Origin: a virus
Length of the DNA: 64,000 nucleotides
IMG/VR virus record: IMGVR_UViG_3300021960_006131
Location: 26,504-90,503 of that record
Reading direction: 5' to 3' (one strand)
Both the position numbers and the translations under genes were made by a program. Below the pieces are notes generated by a model. The model was not told where the DNA came from. It made no database searches and saw only the letters and a program-made list of their open reading frames with translations. This document shows, one piece after another, positions 18,008 to 29,600 of the stretch (position 1 is the first letter of the stretch; every line of letters begins with the position of its first letter).

Positions 18008-18576
18008 CGCCAATGTGGGCCTTCCACCCATGTTACTAAACTGTGTCTAGTGCCACTAGTTACTGGTGTGACTCTGTGCCTGTGAAAACTTGGAAATACT
18101 ATCACTGATCCTTTGCTAAATGCTTCTGAAGGTAACTGCGGTAATATTGTATCAAATTGAAACTCACCACCTTCGTATTCTGATGGGTCTGTTAATTGAA
18201 ATACTAAACTTAATTTTCTATGAAAAGATCTACTTTCTGCCCAATCTACATCGTGATGCCAATCGTACTTGCCTGGATTTTCAGGATTTCCTTCGTACTT
18301 TGTAAACTGTATTTCGTTTACATAACGCAAGTCCAGATCAAAAGAATCTCTGTTTGCCTGATTGGCATAATACCATATTTCGTCTACTATTGCTTTTTCT
18401 GATTTAGGATTAAGCCAACGTATTTCGCTTTTACGATATGATTCATCATGCTTACTTTCTTCAAATCCTATTACAGCCTCACGTGGCTCATAGTTTTCTG
18501 TTGCGTAATTTACTATGTAATCGCACCAGCCTGGGTCTAATGCTTGATTAAAATATAGCCAATAGTCTCCTTTCAT
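18004..18576 (-). CDS. 2OG-Fe(II) oxygenase (prolyl-4-hydroxylase/PKHD-like)
   Basis: YDWHHD, RKLS, YEGGEF, FPSFHRHRVTPVTSGTRHSLVTW. Confidence 0.92.
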   Translation of the reverse strand: MKGDYWLYFNQALDPGWCDYIVNYATENYEPREAVIGFEESKHDESYRKSEIRWLNPKSEKAIVDEIWYYANQANRDSFDLDLRYVNEIQFTKYEGNPENPGKYDWHHDVDWAESRSFHRKLSLVFQLTDPSEYEGGEFQFDTILPQLPSEAFSKGSVIVFPSFHRHRVTPVTSGTRHSLVTWVEGPHWR

Positions 18577-18581
18577 ACTAT

Positions 18582-18589
18582 TAGTTATC
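18582..18589 (-). promoter_or_regulatory. Late promoter variant GATAACTA
   Basis: GATAACTA-ATAGT-ATG. Confidence 0.65.
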
Positions 18590-18612
18590 TTGATTGAGGG
18601 GGAATTTTGTAA

Positions 18613-20775
18613 TTATTTGACGCCAATAACAACTTCGACTATGTCATCATCAAATGTTTCTTTGTCTTCTAATGCTCTACCAATTATGCATCGCATGTCG
18701 TATTCGTTTTTCATTAATGCTTTTGCAAATCCTGGTTTACTGCCACTTACAAGTCTTTCGCCTTTCTTAATACGTCCTTCAACTTTAACAGGTACTCTAC
18801 CTGTAAGTGCTATTGCAACGCCTTCTGCTTCTGAGTTCATTAAGTATGCTGGATTAGTACTTACAACACCAAAAACTTCTGGATCATTAAATGAAGTTGT
18901 TTGTGTGACTTCTGCACTACCGCCTAACTTCACAACTGTACCTGGCTCGTAGTCTGCATCTGCCGAATATATCTCAGCCAAGTCAGCATACCTTGCCGAT
19001 GTTGCTTCACCATAAAAAGTTCCAAATGATGCACTTGCTGAACCAAGATTTAGTGTATCTGAAGTTGGCACTATGTCAGTATCAACTTTACCAATAAACG
19101 AAATTGTGTCTGTATTAGAATTACCTAAATTAACATCACCGTTTAAATCTGTTCTACCGTTAAGATCTGTTACGCCATCAACCTGTAATGTGCCACTTAG
19201 ATCTGCATTCACACCAACAAAGTCACTCGTTGTTATAATGTTTTCGCCAACATATAGTTTCTTTTCAATTACTGCACCACCATCCAAATATAAAGGTGCT
19301 GTAGTATCTGATGTGCTTGCCGGATTGGTTGTGTTTGTAAGTCTTAACTTTCCAGCAAAGGTCATATCACCCGAAGCATTAATATTGTTAGTGTATAAAT
19401 TATTCCAATACCTTGTATTAGAACCTAAGTTATATGTTGTGGTTGCATCTGGAATAATATTTGTTGTGATTTCACCATTAATTGCAATGTTGTCTGCACT
19501 AGCATCACCTAATATAACAGAACCATTTAATGTTGTTGTTCCAGTATTTGTAATACTACCAAATGATCCACTGCCTGTAAATATTGCTGTGGTGCCTTTT
19601 ATTATAGTGCCGTCAATATTACCTGTGATCGCCGCTCCGCCGGATACTGCTAAACTACCTGAACTAATTGCTCCAGTGGCAATAACATTACCAATGTTAA
19701 TATTACCTGAACCACCTTGATAGTTTGAAACTCTAATTGTGTTTACAGTTGCATCGCCAATGTTAGATGTTGTTATAGGAAATGATGTAGTACCTATTCT
19801 TGTTGTAACATTTGCCGAAGTTGCTCTAACTTCTGCTGTTCCGCCAGTTTGCCCTAAAGATACTGTACCGTTAATATAAATGTTTTGCCATCTGTTTGTG
19901 CTACTACCTAAGTCATATGTATCACCTGCATCAGGAATAATATCACTTGATGTAGTAACAATAGATGTTATAGCAACATTACTAGCACCAATAACTAAGT
20001 TACCAGTTATACCATCAGATCTATAAGATCTGTCTGCTAATGCAATTGACGTATTAGAATACTCTTGTCTTAAGTTCATACCTGGTTTAATTTCAATACC
20101 AATACCGTCTGCTTCTGCTAATTGATCATACCAATTAAACGTATCACCGTGTGACGAGCCTGCTGTGTCTTTTGCAGTAAATGTAGCATGGTCACTGAAT
20201 ATAGCCATAACGGTTTCACCGCCTGGTCTAGTTGTACTTGACTCACCGTCATTGACGTAAACTAAGGCACTGACTGCCCTAGGTATATCACCGTTGTCTG
20301 TTAAGAAAATATTTCTAAGTTTTGTACCATATGCACTAGGTGTATTTAAATTACCAAAACTGGAATATTCATTTGAAACTTCACCTGCATAACTTGAATC
20401 TTTATAACTAACACCATCGTGAATTTTTAATTTATCATCTGTGGTGTCATAATACATTGCACCCGCTGTTAATCCATCAACTGGTGGCGTTGCTTGAACA
20501 ACTGGTGAAACTCTTGTCCATGTTGTTGTTGAGTCTTTGTAAACTCTTAAAACTTTTTCTGTGGTGTCATACCAAATTTGACCTACTAATGTGGTGTTTG
20601 GTTCAGGTGCAATAGGACTTGCAAAATTTTCTAAATGTCTTAAACTGTTTTCTGCAAATACTTGACCATAGTTAGTAACATTTTTACCAACTAATTTTAA
20701 ACTGAAAGCATTATTAATTGTACCGTCTTCAATTGTATAACTGACTCCTGTACTTGATGTTATTGTATATGCCAT
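18613..20775 (-). CDS. Tail fibre/spike-like protein with C-terminal peptidase G2/IMC-like autoproteolytic chaperone domain
   Basis: N-terminal LVGKNVTNYGQ...LENFA...GQIWYD anchor; repeats of IIPD..TYDLGS...W; C-terminal ARYADLAEIY...GVVSTNPAYLMN...ALTGRVPVKV. Confidence 0.8.
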   Translation of the reverse strand: MAYTITSSTGVSYTIEDGTINNAFSLKLVGKNVTNYGQVFAENSLRHLENFASPIAPEPNTTLVGQIWYDTTEKVLRVYKDSTTTWTRVSPVVQATPPVDGLTAGAMYYDTTDDKLKIHDGVSYKDSSYAGEVSNEYSSFGNLNTPSAYGTKLRNIFLTDNGDIPRAVSALVYVNDGESSTTRPGGETVMAIFSDHATFTAKDTAGSSHGDTFNWYDQLAEADGIGIEIKPGMNLRQEYSNTSIALADRSYRSDGITGNLVIGASNVAITSIVTTSSDIIPDAGDTYDLGSSTNRWQNIYINGTVSLGQTGGTAEVRATSANVTTRIGTTSFPITTSNIGDATVNTIRVSNYQGGSGNINIGNVIATGAISSGSLAVSGGAAITGNIDGTIIKGTTAIFTGSGSFGSITNTGTTTLNGSVILGDASADNIAINGEITTNIIPDATTTYNLGSNTRYWNNLYTNNINASGDMTFAGKLRLTNTTNPASTSDTTAPLYLDGGAVIEKKLYVGENIITTSDFVGVNADLSGTLQVDGVTDLNGRTDLNGDVNLGNSNTDTISFIGKVDTDIVPTSDTLNLGSASASFGTFYGEATSARYADLAEIYSADADYEPGTVVKLGGSAEVTQTTSFNDPEVFGVVSTNPAYLMNSEAEGVAIALTGRVPVKVEGRIKKGERLVSGSKPGFAKALMKNEYDMRCIIGRALEDKETFDDDIVEVVIGVK

Positions 20776-22874
20776 TATTTAACTAAAGCCTCCACTGTTC
20801 CAGCACCTTCATTTGGTTTGTCCGTAATTGCTATACCTATACAACTAGGTCCATTTACGTTCATGTTGTTTTCTGCCGCTTCGGCATGGCCTGGTGTGGC
20901 ACTATGTACTAGCACATCACCTTTTGAAACTGCTCCTACTACTTTTACTGGTACTCTACCTTTAAGTGCAACCGCTGTTACATGGTCGCCTTGTAATTCT
21001 GAATTCATTAAATATGCAGGGTTGTGTGATACTACTCCTGCTATTGACGGACTTGCTTTTACATCTGAAGTTGTTACTTCAGCATCACCGCCAAATACTA
21101 AAACTGTTCCTTCCTCATACTCTGTATCTGCCAAATATAACTCAGCCAAGTCAGCATATTGAGCCTGTGTGGCTGTTCCATTAAATGTATTTGCATACAT
21201 TGTTCCATATCTAACACTACTTGAACCAATGTTGTAAGTTCCTGATGGACCTGTTGCATATATATTTTGTGTTGTAATATCACTACTTGAAATTGCATTT
21301 ACAACTCTGGCATCTGTGAAGTATAAATTTGTGCCTTCACTTAAATTTGTTGTGCTAAATGCACTCATGTTTACTGCAATATCGTTTGCATTTACAGTAA
21401 TACCTGTTCCTGCGCCTACATTAAGTGTGACTGCACCTGAAGTGCCACCACCTGTAAGACCATTTCCAGCACCTACGCTCTCAATATCCCCTGCATCATT
21501 AGTGAAACTAAATGTACCAGTTGAACTATCATAACTTAAATCACCACCTGCACTAAACATTGCTCTTATTTCAGATTGGTCGGCTGTAATGGCACCAGTT
21601 CCACTATTATAATTAACACCACTGCTACCGCTTAATAATGCTCTGATTTCTGACGTATCTGCTGTTATGGCACCTGTTGTGCTATTATAATTTACGCCAC
21701 TGCTACCGCTTAAATGTGCTCTTACTTCACTGGCACTTGGGCCGGTATATGTAAATACGCCATTACTATATGTTAGGCTTCCGTCGCCGCCACTGTCAGT
21801 TACTGAAAACTTGCCCCTAATAGTTGCATCGGATATACTAAACTGTCCACCTGAATATGTTGTGTTAGTACCTGCTGAAAAATGTGCTCTTACTTCACTG
21901 GTGCTTGGGCCTGTATAAGTAAATACACCAGCACCATTGTATGCAAATGATCCGTCACCACCGGCATCTGTGGCACTAAAGAATCCTTCAATTTCTGATT
22001 CTGTATAAATTTTTTCGTAAGTTGACCCGTCTCTGGTTACTTCCCAGTAGTCTCCACTTTCGTTCCATCTTAATTGAACATTAGTTGATGTTCCTCTTTC
22101 AACTTCAATACCTGCATTTGCACTTGGAGTACCTGCTTCATTATTGTTAAGAACAATTAAATTATCGTCAACTGTTAAAGTTTCTGTATTTAAAATTGTT
22201 TGCGTACCATTAACAGTTAAATTACCGTCTATTGTTGCATTGTTGAAGGTTACATCTGATGTTGTTTCTACTGCTTGTCCTATAGCAATGACTCCGCTAC
22301 CTGAATTATAAGTAACTCCTGTGCCACCACTAAAATGTGCTCTTACTTCTGCGGCACTTGGACCGGTGTATGTAAATACACCTGTACTTGAATCGTATGC
22401 AAATGAACCGTCACCACCTGTATCTACATGTGATACCTTGCTTCTTATAGTTAAATCACTTAATACTTCTTTCCATTGATTACTGTGATATATTTTTAAA
22501 TCACCGGTACCTGTTGTAGAGTCAAAAAACATTTCTCCTGCTTCTACTGAACTACCTCTACTACTTGTAGGTGTCGACGTACCGCTTTTTGGTCTATATG
22601 CTAATTCTTCAAATTGTTCTGTATCATTTTTATAAACAGTTAAGTGATTACCTGTTTTATCAAACCAAAGTTGTCCAACTAATTTTACACCAGGATTTGG
22701 TGCTGTTGTACTTGCAAAATTTTCTAATTGTCTGATTGAATTTTGTGCAATAATTTGGCCATAGTTGGTTACATTTTTACCTATTAATGTCACGGAATAG
22801 TTAGTTTGGTCAAGTTGGTTATCGTTGACCGTAATCTCTCTATCGCCTTGAGTGTTTGAAAATACTATCGCCAT
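20775..22874 (-). CDS. Tail fibre-like protein, paralog of 18613-20775
   Basis: Same N-terminal anchor (LIGKNVTNYGQ...LENFA...GQLWFD) and C-terminal AQYADLAELY...ALKGRVPVKV; internal repeats. Confidence 0.8.
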   Translation of the reverse strand: MAIVFSNTQGDREITVNDNQLDQTNYSVTLIGKNVTNYGQIIAQNSIRQLENFASTTAPNPGVKLVGQLWFDKTGNHLTVYKNDTEQFEELAYRPKSGTSTPTSSRGSSVEAGEMFFDSTTGTGDLKIYHSNQWKEVLSDLTIRSKVSHVDTGGDGSFAYDSSTGVFTYTGPSAAEVRAHFSGGTGVTYNSGSGVIAIGQAVETTSDVTFNNATIDGNLTVNGTQTILNTETLTVDDNLIVLNNNEAGTPSANAGIEVERGTSTNVQLRWNESGDYWEVTRDGSTYEKIYTESEIEGFFSATDAGGDGSFAYNGAGVFTYTGPSTSEVRAHFSAGTNTTYSGGQFSISDATIRGKFSVTDSGGDGSLTYSNGVFTYTGPSASEVRAHLSGSSGVNYNSTTGAITADTSEIRALLSGSSGVNYNSGTGAITADQSEIRAMFSAGGDLSYDSSTGTFSFTNDAGDIESVGAGNGLTGGGTSGAVTLNVGAGTGITVNANDIAVNMSAFSTTNLSEGTNLYFTDARVVNAISSSDITTQNIYATGPSGTYNIGSSSVRYGTMYANTFNGTATQAQYADLAELYLADTEYEEGTVLVFGGDAEVTTSDVKASPSIAGVVSHNPAYLMNSELQGDHVTAVALKGRVPVKVVGAVSKGDVLVHSATPGHAEAAENNMNVNGPSCIGIAITDKPNEGAGTVEALVK
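21520..22425 (-). repeat. Intragenic protein repeats in the fibre shaft
   Basis: GGDGS(F/L)xY..GVFTYTGPSxxEVRAH three times and SGSSGVNYNSxTGAITADxSEIRA twice; DNA copies of aaatgtgctcttacttc are visible. Confidence 0.85.
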
Positions 22875-22884
22875 ATTTGTCCTA

Positions 22885-23562
22885 TTATGTCATCTGAATT
22901 CTTAAAGTATAAACTACTTCAATAATTCTATTAAAAGATTTTTGTACTGGATGAAACACCACATGTGTAAGTAACTCTGAACTACTACTTGCTGTCGTGG
23001 CATTATCCCCTGCTGTAAATGTCATTAATCCTAATTCGTCAAAGATGTAATCACCTTCGTTAGTAGCACTGGTATCAAAGTTATCTTGTCCTGAAGGTTC
23101 ATTTAAGCCTAATGTACAAGTTACTTTTAAGTCTGTAAAACCAGCACCTTCAATTACTTCTATTTTGTTATTTGTTTTGTCAGTGTTTGCTTCTGTATCA
23201 CTAACAACTTTTGCATAAGTTTTTCTGTATAAAGTAGCATCAGTTTCTCTTGTTTCACTGGTATTTGTACTTTTATATAAAACTTTACCTGCACTATCTA
23301 CACTAGAAGCACCGTTACCAAATGCCATAAAATGCACATAATCATTTGGTGCTACACCAGTTGAAGCACTGGTTCCTTTACCAATTGAGTTTGCTATTAA
23401 ATATCCTAAGTTTCCATAATGAATAGCATTTCTTTTATTAACTATTTCCTCACCGGATTCTTTATCTCTGATTAAGATATGACCAGATATGTTAAAGCCA
23501 ATAGTTGCATCTACTTGCTCTGTATTTGATTTATTTTCGTTTGTTGCGGTTTCTTCTTTCAT
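22885..23562 (-). CDS. Putative virion structural protein
   Basis: GHILIRD...KRNAIH...MAFGNG...FDELGL...LLTHVVFHPVQKS; late promoter; lies between the fibre genes and the giant protein. Confidence 0.7.
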   Translation of the reverse strand: MKEETATNENKSNTEQVDATIGFNISGHILIRDKESGEEIVNKRNAIHYGNLGYLIANSIGKGTSASTGVAPNDYVHFMAFGNGASSVDSAGKVLYKSTNTSETRETDATLYRKTYAKVVSDTEANTDKTNNKIEVIEGAGFTDLKVTCTLGLNEPSGQDNFDTSATNEGDYIFDELGLMTFTAGDNATTASSSSELLTHVVFHPVQKSFNRIIEVVYTLRIQMT

Positions 23563-23567
23563 ATAGG

Positions 23568-23575
23568 TATTTATC
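23568..23575 (-). promoter_or_regulatory. Late promoter GATAAATA
   Basis: GATAAATA-CCTAT-ATG. Confidence 0.75.
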
Positions 23576-23601
23576 TCTTTTTTAAACTACTGCTATAATT
23601 A

Positions 23602-26600
23602 TTAGTCAAAGTAGGACCCTGGCCCTGCCTGTATAAATTGTGCTATTGGTGTAACTGCATTTGACAATGACATACCTGCACTATTCCATGTTGTAAATTC
23701 TGGATCTGCTGGATTTCCAAAAGCAAAAGCACCTGAGTTTATGTTGTTTGTTTCTGTAGCATCATACACTTTTTCACCAATTGTATGTGCCTCTGCAGAT
23801 GTTCCATTTGTACCTCTTGTAACACCTGTTAAAGTATTACCATTGATTTCTTCAAATGTTATTCTTTCATCTCCTATAAACACCGCTGTTGCTGGACTTC
23901 CAGTATATGGTGGTGTAATAACACTAGCATCTGCAAGTTGTATTGTTAAACTTTCAGCAGTAATATTTGCAGTCAATGTAGTTTTATTACTGTCATTTAA
24001 TCTGATATATTCAGTTTTACCGTTCATACCAACAAATATTTTATATGATACATTTGCAAAACCACCAGTACCGTTTGTTTGAACATTAAGTTGTAAACCT
24101 TCTAATGGCTGGAATACTGCATGTTCTGGTGGTATATTTGGACCAGTTAATCCTGTGAAGAATGTACTACTATCAAAACCTTGATATGTAAGAGTATCTC
24201 TTATTAATTGACTTTGAACTGCTGTATTAACAGTATAGTTATTTACTACCTGTTGGGAATCAAACCCTGCACTATCAAAACCAAATAAATCATAGCCAAG
24301 TCCTGTGGACATTACTTCTTTACCAATACTATCAAAATATGCTTTAGCAAATAGATTTGCGTCAAGTTCTTCACCAAAGAAGTCTGCGTATGCTAATGTT
24401 CTCAGTGTTGCATCTCTTGTTGCAATAAATCCTGCTATGATATCACTTGAATATGTTGTTGTGTCTGCAATCTTGTCTGTGAGGTCAGTAATGACTGTGT
24501 TATATTTAAATACTCTTTCAATGTGGTTAATAGGTGTTGCATTACTACTTGCATTGCTTAACTGTGCCATTCTTTCTGCACTTGTATTAGACTGTGGTTG
24601 ACCGTATCCTGATGCCATTGTTACTGTGCCATTATTATTAATTGGTAAAATCTCACTTGCTGTTCTATCAAAGAACATTTTTTCTGTAATAGTTCTAATC
24701 TTAGTTGAATTATTACTGTAGTTGTTTGTCCAGTTGACATAGTCGTCATTTTGTGTTAAAATTAATGCGTCACTGCTATTACCATCGTCTAGTATTCTAG
24801 ACTCTACTGATAAGTCTGGTTGATACGGTGGTCTATCAAAATCTGTTGCAAAAGATTTCAGAGAATCTATACTGATCTTTCTATCTTCAAAATCTCTTAA
24901 CTTACTTGTATATGGTTTATAGTTTTTAATACTTTTTACAACACTATCAAATGCATCAATTTTTGTTGAAGCAATTTGATTTAAGTTTTCTGCACTTTGT
25001 CTAATATTAAAGTATGTGGTTTTAAAACACCATTCTGTTTGATACTGTTCGCTGAGTACATAATTTAACATCGAGAAAAACAGTTTGTTTTCTAAATTTG
25101 TATTTTTAAATATATTGTTTTTAATTGCAAATAGCAGTTGTCTCAATTCAGTAGTTAAGCCTGGATTAATTGTGCCAAATACTTCGTCTTTTAACTTCAT
25201 TGTGCCTTTTACAATTTTAACAAGTTTATAATCATTTTTTACTGATTCATATTCATAGAACTTATCTGGATTATCGCCAATGCCTTCTAGTCTCACAAAT
25301 GTACCATCTGATATATCAGTAAGTCCTCTCATCTGCTTGATTGATTTTACAGTTGCTCTTGCTTTAATAGAATTAGTGTTATAGCCTGTTTCTACCCAAT
25401 CAATTAATTCATAATATGTATTAGTAGCAACTGTGGCATTCCAATTAGAATAAAAATCATCTGTTAGTTTGATTTTTTGCATTTCTTTATTAATAAAGTA
25501 TACTAACTCTCTTCTAGCATTAGCAGGTTTTGTAAACATACTTTGTCTAGGTCTAATTGATATACCGTATCTTTCAAATTTATTTAGATACGGATCTGGT
25601 ACAACTTTACCTAATACATCTTCCTCTACTAAACTATCTACTAATTTATTAAACAGTTCTGCAGGTATTGAATCAGATATATTATTTTCACCTATTAATA
25701 AGTAAGATTCATGTTTATTAGTATATCTACTATCTGTTCTTCTAAAGTTTACCTGGAATACACCTTGATCATCTGTGAGATATCCTTTAACATTGTTTAA
25801 CACTATTGAATTATTAGATATAGCACCAAAGGTTGGAATATTCTGTAGTTTAGGTGATTCGATCAATTGACTTATGCTCGAGGCACTTGCTGATCTATTT
25901 GCTACATTAGGTACATCTTGAATATCTTTAACCCAATAATAGTACACATTATTATATAAACCTGTTACACTATTAAATCTTTGATCAATTAAATACTTTT
26001 CAACATCTAAAGGTGTGCCCTTTCCACTATATTCTATTGGTGTTTCAGTGGACTCTATCCACTCATACACATCAAATTTTGAACCATCCATGTAAGACGC
26101 CCAGTATTTTCTTCTATAATCATTATCTGATTGCTCATACCAACGAACACGCATACTTGAAGTATTCCACCATAGTTCGCCTACATTATGTTTGCTAAAG
26201 TTACTACTGTCATCGCCATAATACACAGGATCGCTTTCTGAAATATATGTCAAGTTCCTTTCAACTTCAGGCATGAATACATTTTTGAATGGATCATTTA
26301 GATAAACATCTGTAATTCGTTGACCTGTTATATTATCGTATACCAGTGCTGATTTTATTTTACTGCTATCAACTAAATTATCTTTTCTGTATACCACTTT
26401 GCCATTTTCTAAATATGCCCATCCATTAGCATCATAATTGTCAACCCATACTTTAGGCATTAATGATTGTACATCATACTTACTATGTACTCTTGCTGAT
26501 TTTAAATATAGTACATCAAGTTCTGTTTGCATTTTTTCTGTAACTAACGGGCCGCCATTTATCCTATTTAGATCGTAACTGAAAACATTACCAAAGTTTT

Positions 26601-29600
26601 GACTACTGAGGCCTTCAAACTCTGGTGGCACAGATGCATTATACAATATCAAACTATCTGGATCGCCTTTATCAAATGGGTTGTCTTTTCTAATACCACT
26701 GTCATTTAATCCAAATCCGTTTCCGCCATCGCCTATGTCTGCACTAAACCCAAAAGCACCTGGACCGTAATCTCCTGCTGGTATACCCAATGCATCAAGT
26801 GTGCCAGGCACAATGTCACTTAACTCTAAGCCGTCTGCATCTGTTGTTAATGTTAGACCTTGTACTGATGGGTTAATTGAAGTTGTTGTTGCTGTTAATC
26901 CGCCATCTACGCCGCCTACTGTATTAATTAAATCTGCAAGTAATTCAGTTGCTGTTGCAGGTCTAGAAGAGCCTGAATTTCTATCTACTATTCCTGGAGG
27001 TTGCTGACAGTTAATAACACTTCTAGAAGTAAGTTGAACTCTAGCACCATAACCTTGACCATATGGTCTACCGTCAATTTCTTTTGATTCCACTTCCCCT
27101 TCTACATATTTTAACGGAACACCTCTTTCAAACTCTGCTGGGAATATCTCATATACACCTCTATCAAGGATTCTCATTTTTGTGATACTGCCTGCTTGGT
27201 TGATTTTTAAAACTTCAAAAATTGCTTGTTGGCTTTTGAGATCTGGATTATCCTCTCCGACTAATTTGCCTTTGGACAATATTGCTTGTGCCTGGAATCC
27301 TTGACCGCTACTGCCTTTTGCTACAACAATATATCTTCTAGTTGAAAATTCAGGTTGGAAACCGCCTTTTTGTATAATTGATACACCAGAGATACTATCT
27401 TTATCTGCTGTATCATATTCTGGATTTTCACTAGCAGATGAATATTTAATTTTAATATTAGGTGTGCGTATTTTAGTTTTCTTGTTGCCCATTGACTCTG
27501 GAGTATAATTATCGCTAATAGTTCTACCTGAACGTGACCATTCAATGAACCAAGTACCTTTACCTAAAATACCTCTGATATTACCGTCTTGGTCTCTTAA
27601 TAATTTTCTTAATGTATTTTCTACATTATTAAATTGTATTCCATAGAGACTAGAAAGTGTAGTATCGTTTTGGTAATTACTTGCAAGTACGTTTGATATC
27701 TCTCCACTTGCTTGATCATACTGTCTACCAGTGTTATTTGGATGTCGTGCAGGACTACCTATATGAGTTTTTACAGTATTATTATTTCTTAAATTTGATC
27801 CACCATATTTGATAGGCTCTGCATTAGATTTAGATGATAATGTAAATTTAAATGTTTGTTGTACTTGAGAACTGTTGTAATCATAACCATCTAAGAATCC
27901 ATCTTGGTCATACGCACCATTGTTGCCGAACTTACCCAATGTCTGTAATATTGGTACACGTTTTCCTTCAGGTGTTGTTAACCACATCATATCAAATTCG
28001 CCTGGTGCAAAACTTTCAAAATTTAAATCAATATCTATATCGCTTACTTTTGCATCATCTGGTAAGTTACCAAAATCAAATTTGTACACTATTGCTTGTG
28101 ATTCTTGTAATTCAGTAACAGGTTGCACTACTGGTCTATATACAGTACTGTAATTTAAACTTGCCATGTTTGTAGCAAGGGTGCTACCTGATATATCAAA
28201 TTGACCTGCATGGGTACTTGCTGGTATTGTATAATGTGTTGTAATCGGTAATCTTAGATATCCACTGTCAACACCATCTTGATATACAAATAAATCAAAC
28301 TGCTGAGTAGTTGGCTCTAAATTTGTGCCTAACTGTTTTGCTTTAACTTTTAATCCGTGTATAGCATCTTTAGTATTTAATGTAAATGAAGCATCACTAC
28401 CTGTTGTTACATCAGAAGAGACGCTCGAATTATGCTCAACACTTATTTCGTATTTTCCACTTTGTGTTTGTAAAACATTACTTCCATAAGTACTCAAATT
28501 GTTTATTGGATAGAATCTTGCAAATATGTTACTAAAATCGGGTATGCCAATTGCTCTTCCTACTTCAGTGTCTAAATCGTATGCACTTAAAATTTGGAAG
28601 TATACTCTATCATTTGCTAATTTTAAGAATTTTACAACTCTGCCATTAGTTAATTTTATATTGTCACTTAGGAAATGTGCAAAATTATCTCTATTCCTAG
28701 AATCAAATGATTCTACATCATGGAATGATTTCATCAATCCAACTGTGCCTTCTGCTAAATTACCAAAGTTGGTTTGCATGTTTATGCCATTAATAGAACT
28801 TGTAAAGTTAGGAGCATTCCAGCACACAATCCATGCACCGTTTAGTGCTGTTTGCTCATCTGTATCAAATGAACTTGTAAAGTTGCTTTCGCCTCTGTTG
28901 TTATTTCCGCTTGTTGAATTAATGTTAAAGTTAAACATCATAAATTCGCCAACATTTTCGTACTCTCTTGTTCCTATAAAGGCTTTGTATGTTGTTCCAA
29001 CTTCTAAACCTGTTGTAGCAGAAATCGTAAATGTTTCTTCGTAAAATGTATTTTGTGAATCTATACCAATGTCTAGACGTCTTTGATCTATAGTAATACC
29101 GTTAATGGAATTACCGGACCTATCAACAAATGCTGTATTAGTATTAACGTCATTCAACCAATTTGCTTCTTTACAGCCTTTGTAACCAATATATGTTTTG
29201 TAAGGTAGTACAGCAGATGATATTGCAGTTCTACCTGTGTTTTTGACTACAGGAGTAACTGCATTTTCATTTGGAGTAAATTCTGGTTTGATCTGAACTC
29301 CTGGAAGTTGTGTCCCCATTTCTGCGTCTATAACTTCTAATCTTGTAGTTGTAGGACTATACCCAAAGCCTGGATTTGTAACAATTATATCGCTTAGATA
29401 ATATGCATCTTCATCAATTGTTTTTGGTCTTCCGCCAACTATTGTTAGCCTGTCACCAATCATATAGTTAAAACCTGTGCTGTCTTCGACCATACCAGTT
29501 TGCACAACACCTACATTAGCATTTGCAATTTGACCATCTCTAGTACCTTCACCTGATCTTGGATTAACTGGGTAGCCATCTATCCTAATATAGTCTGATG

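Noticed and set aside
21520-22425. Repeated DNA segments that could suggest a CRISPR array or a DGR template/variable pair
   Set aside because: Repeats are in-frame, vary at synonymous positions and are irregularly spaced; no cas or reverse transcriptase gene and no adenine-specific mismatch pattern.
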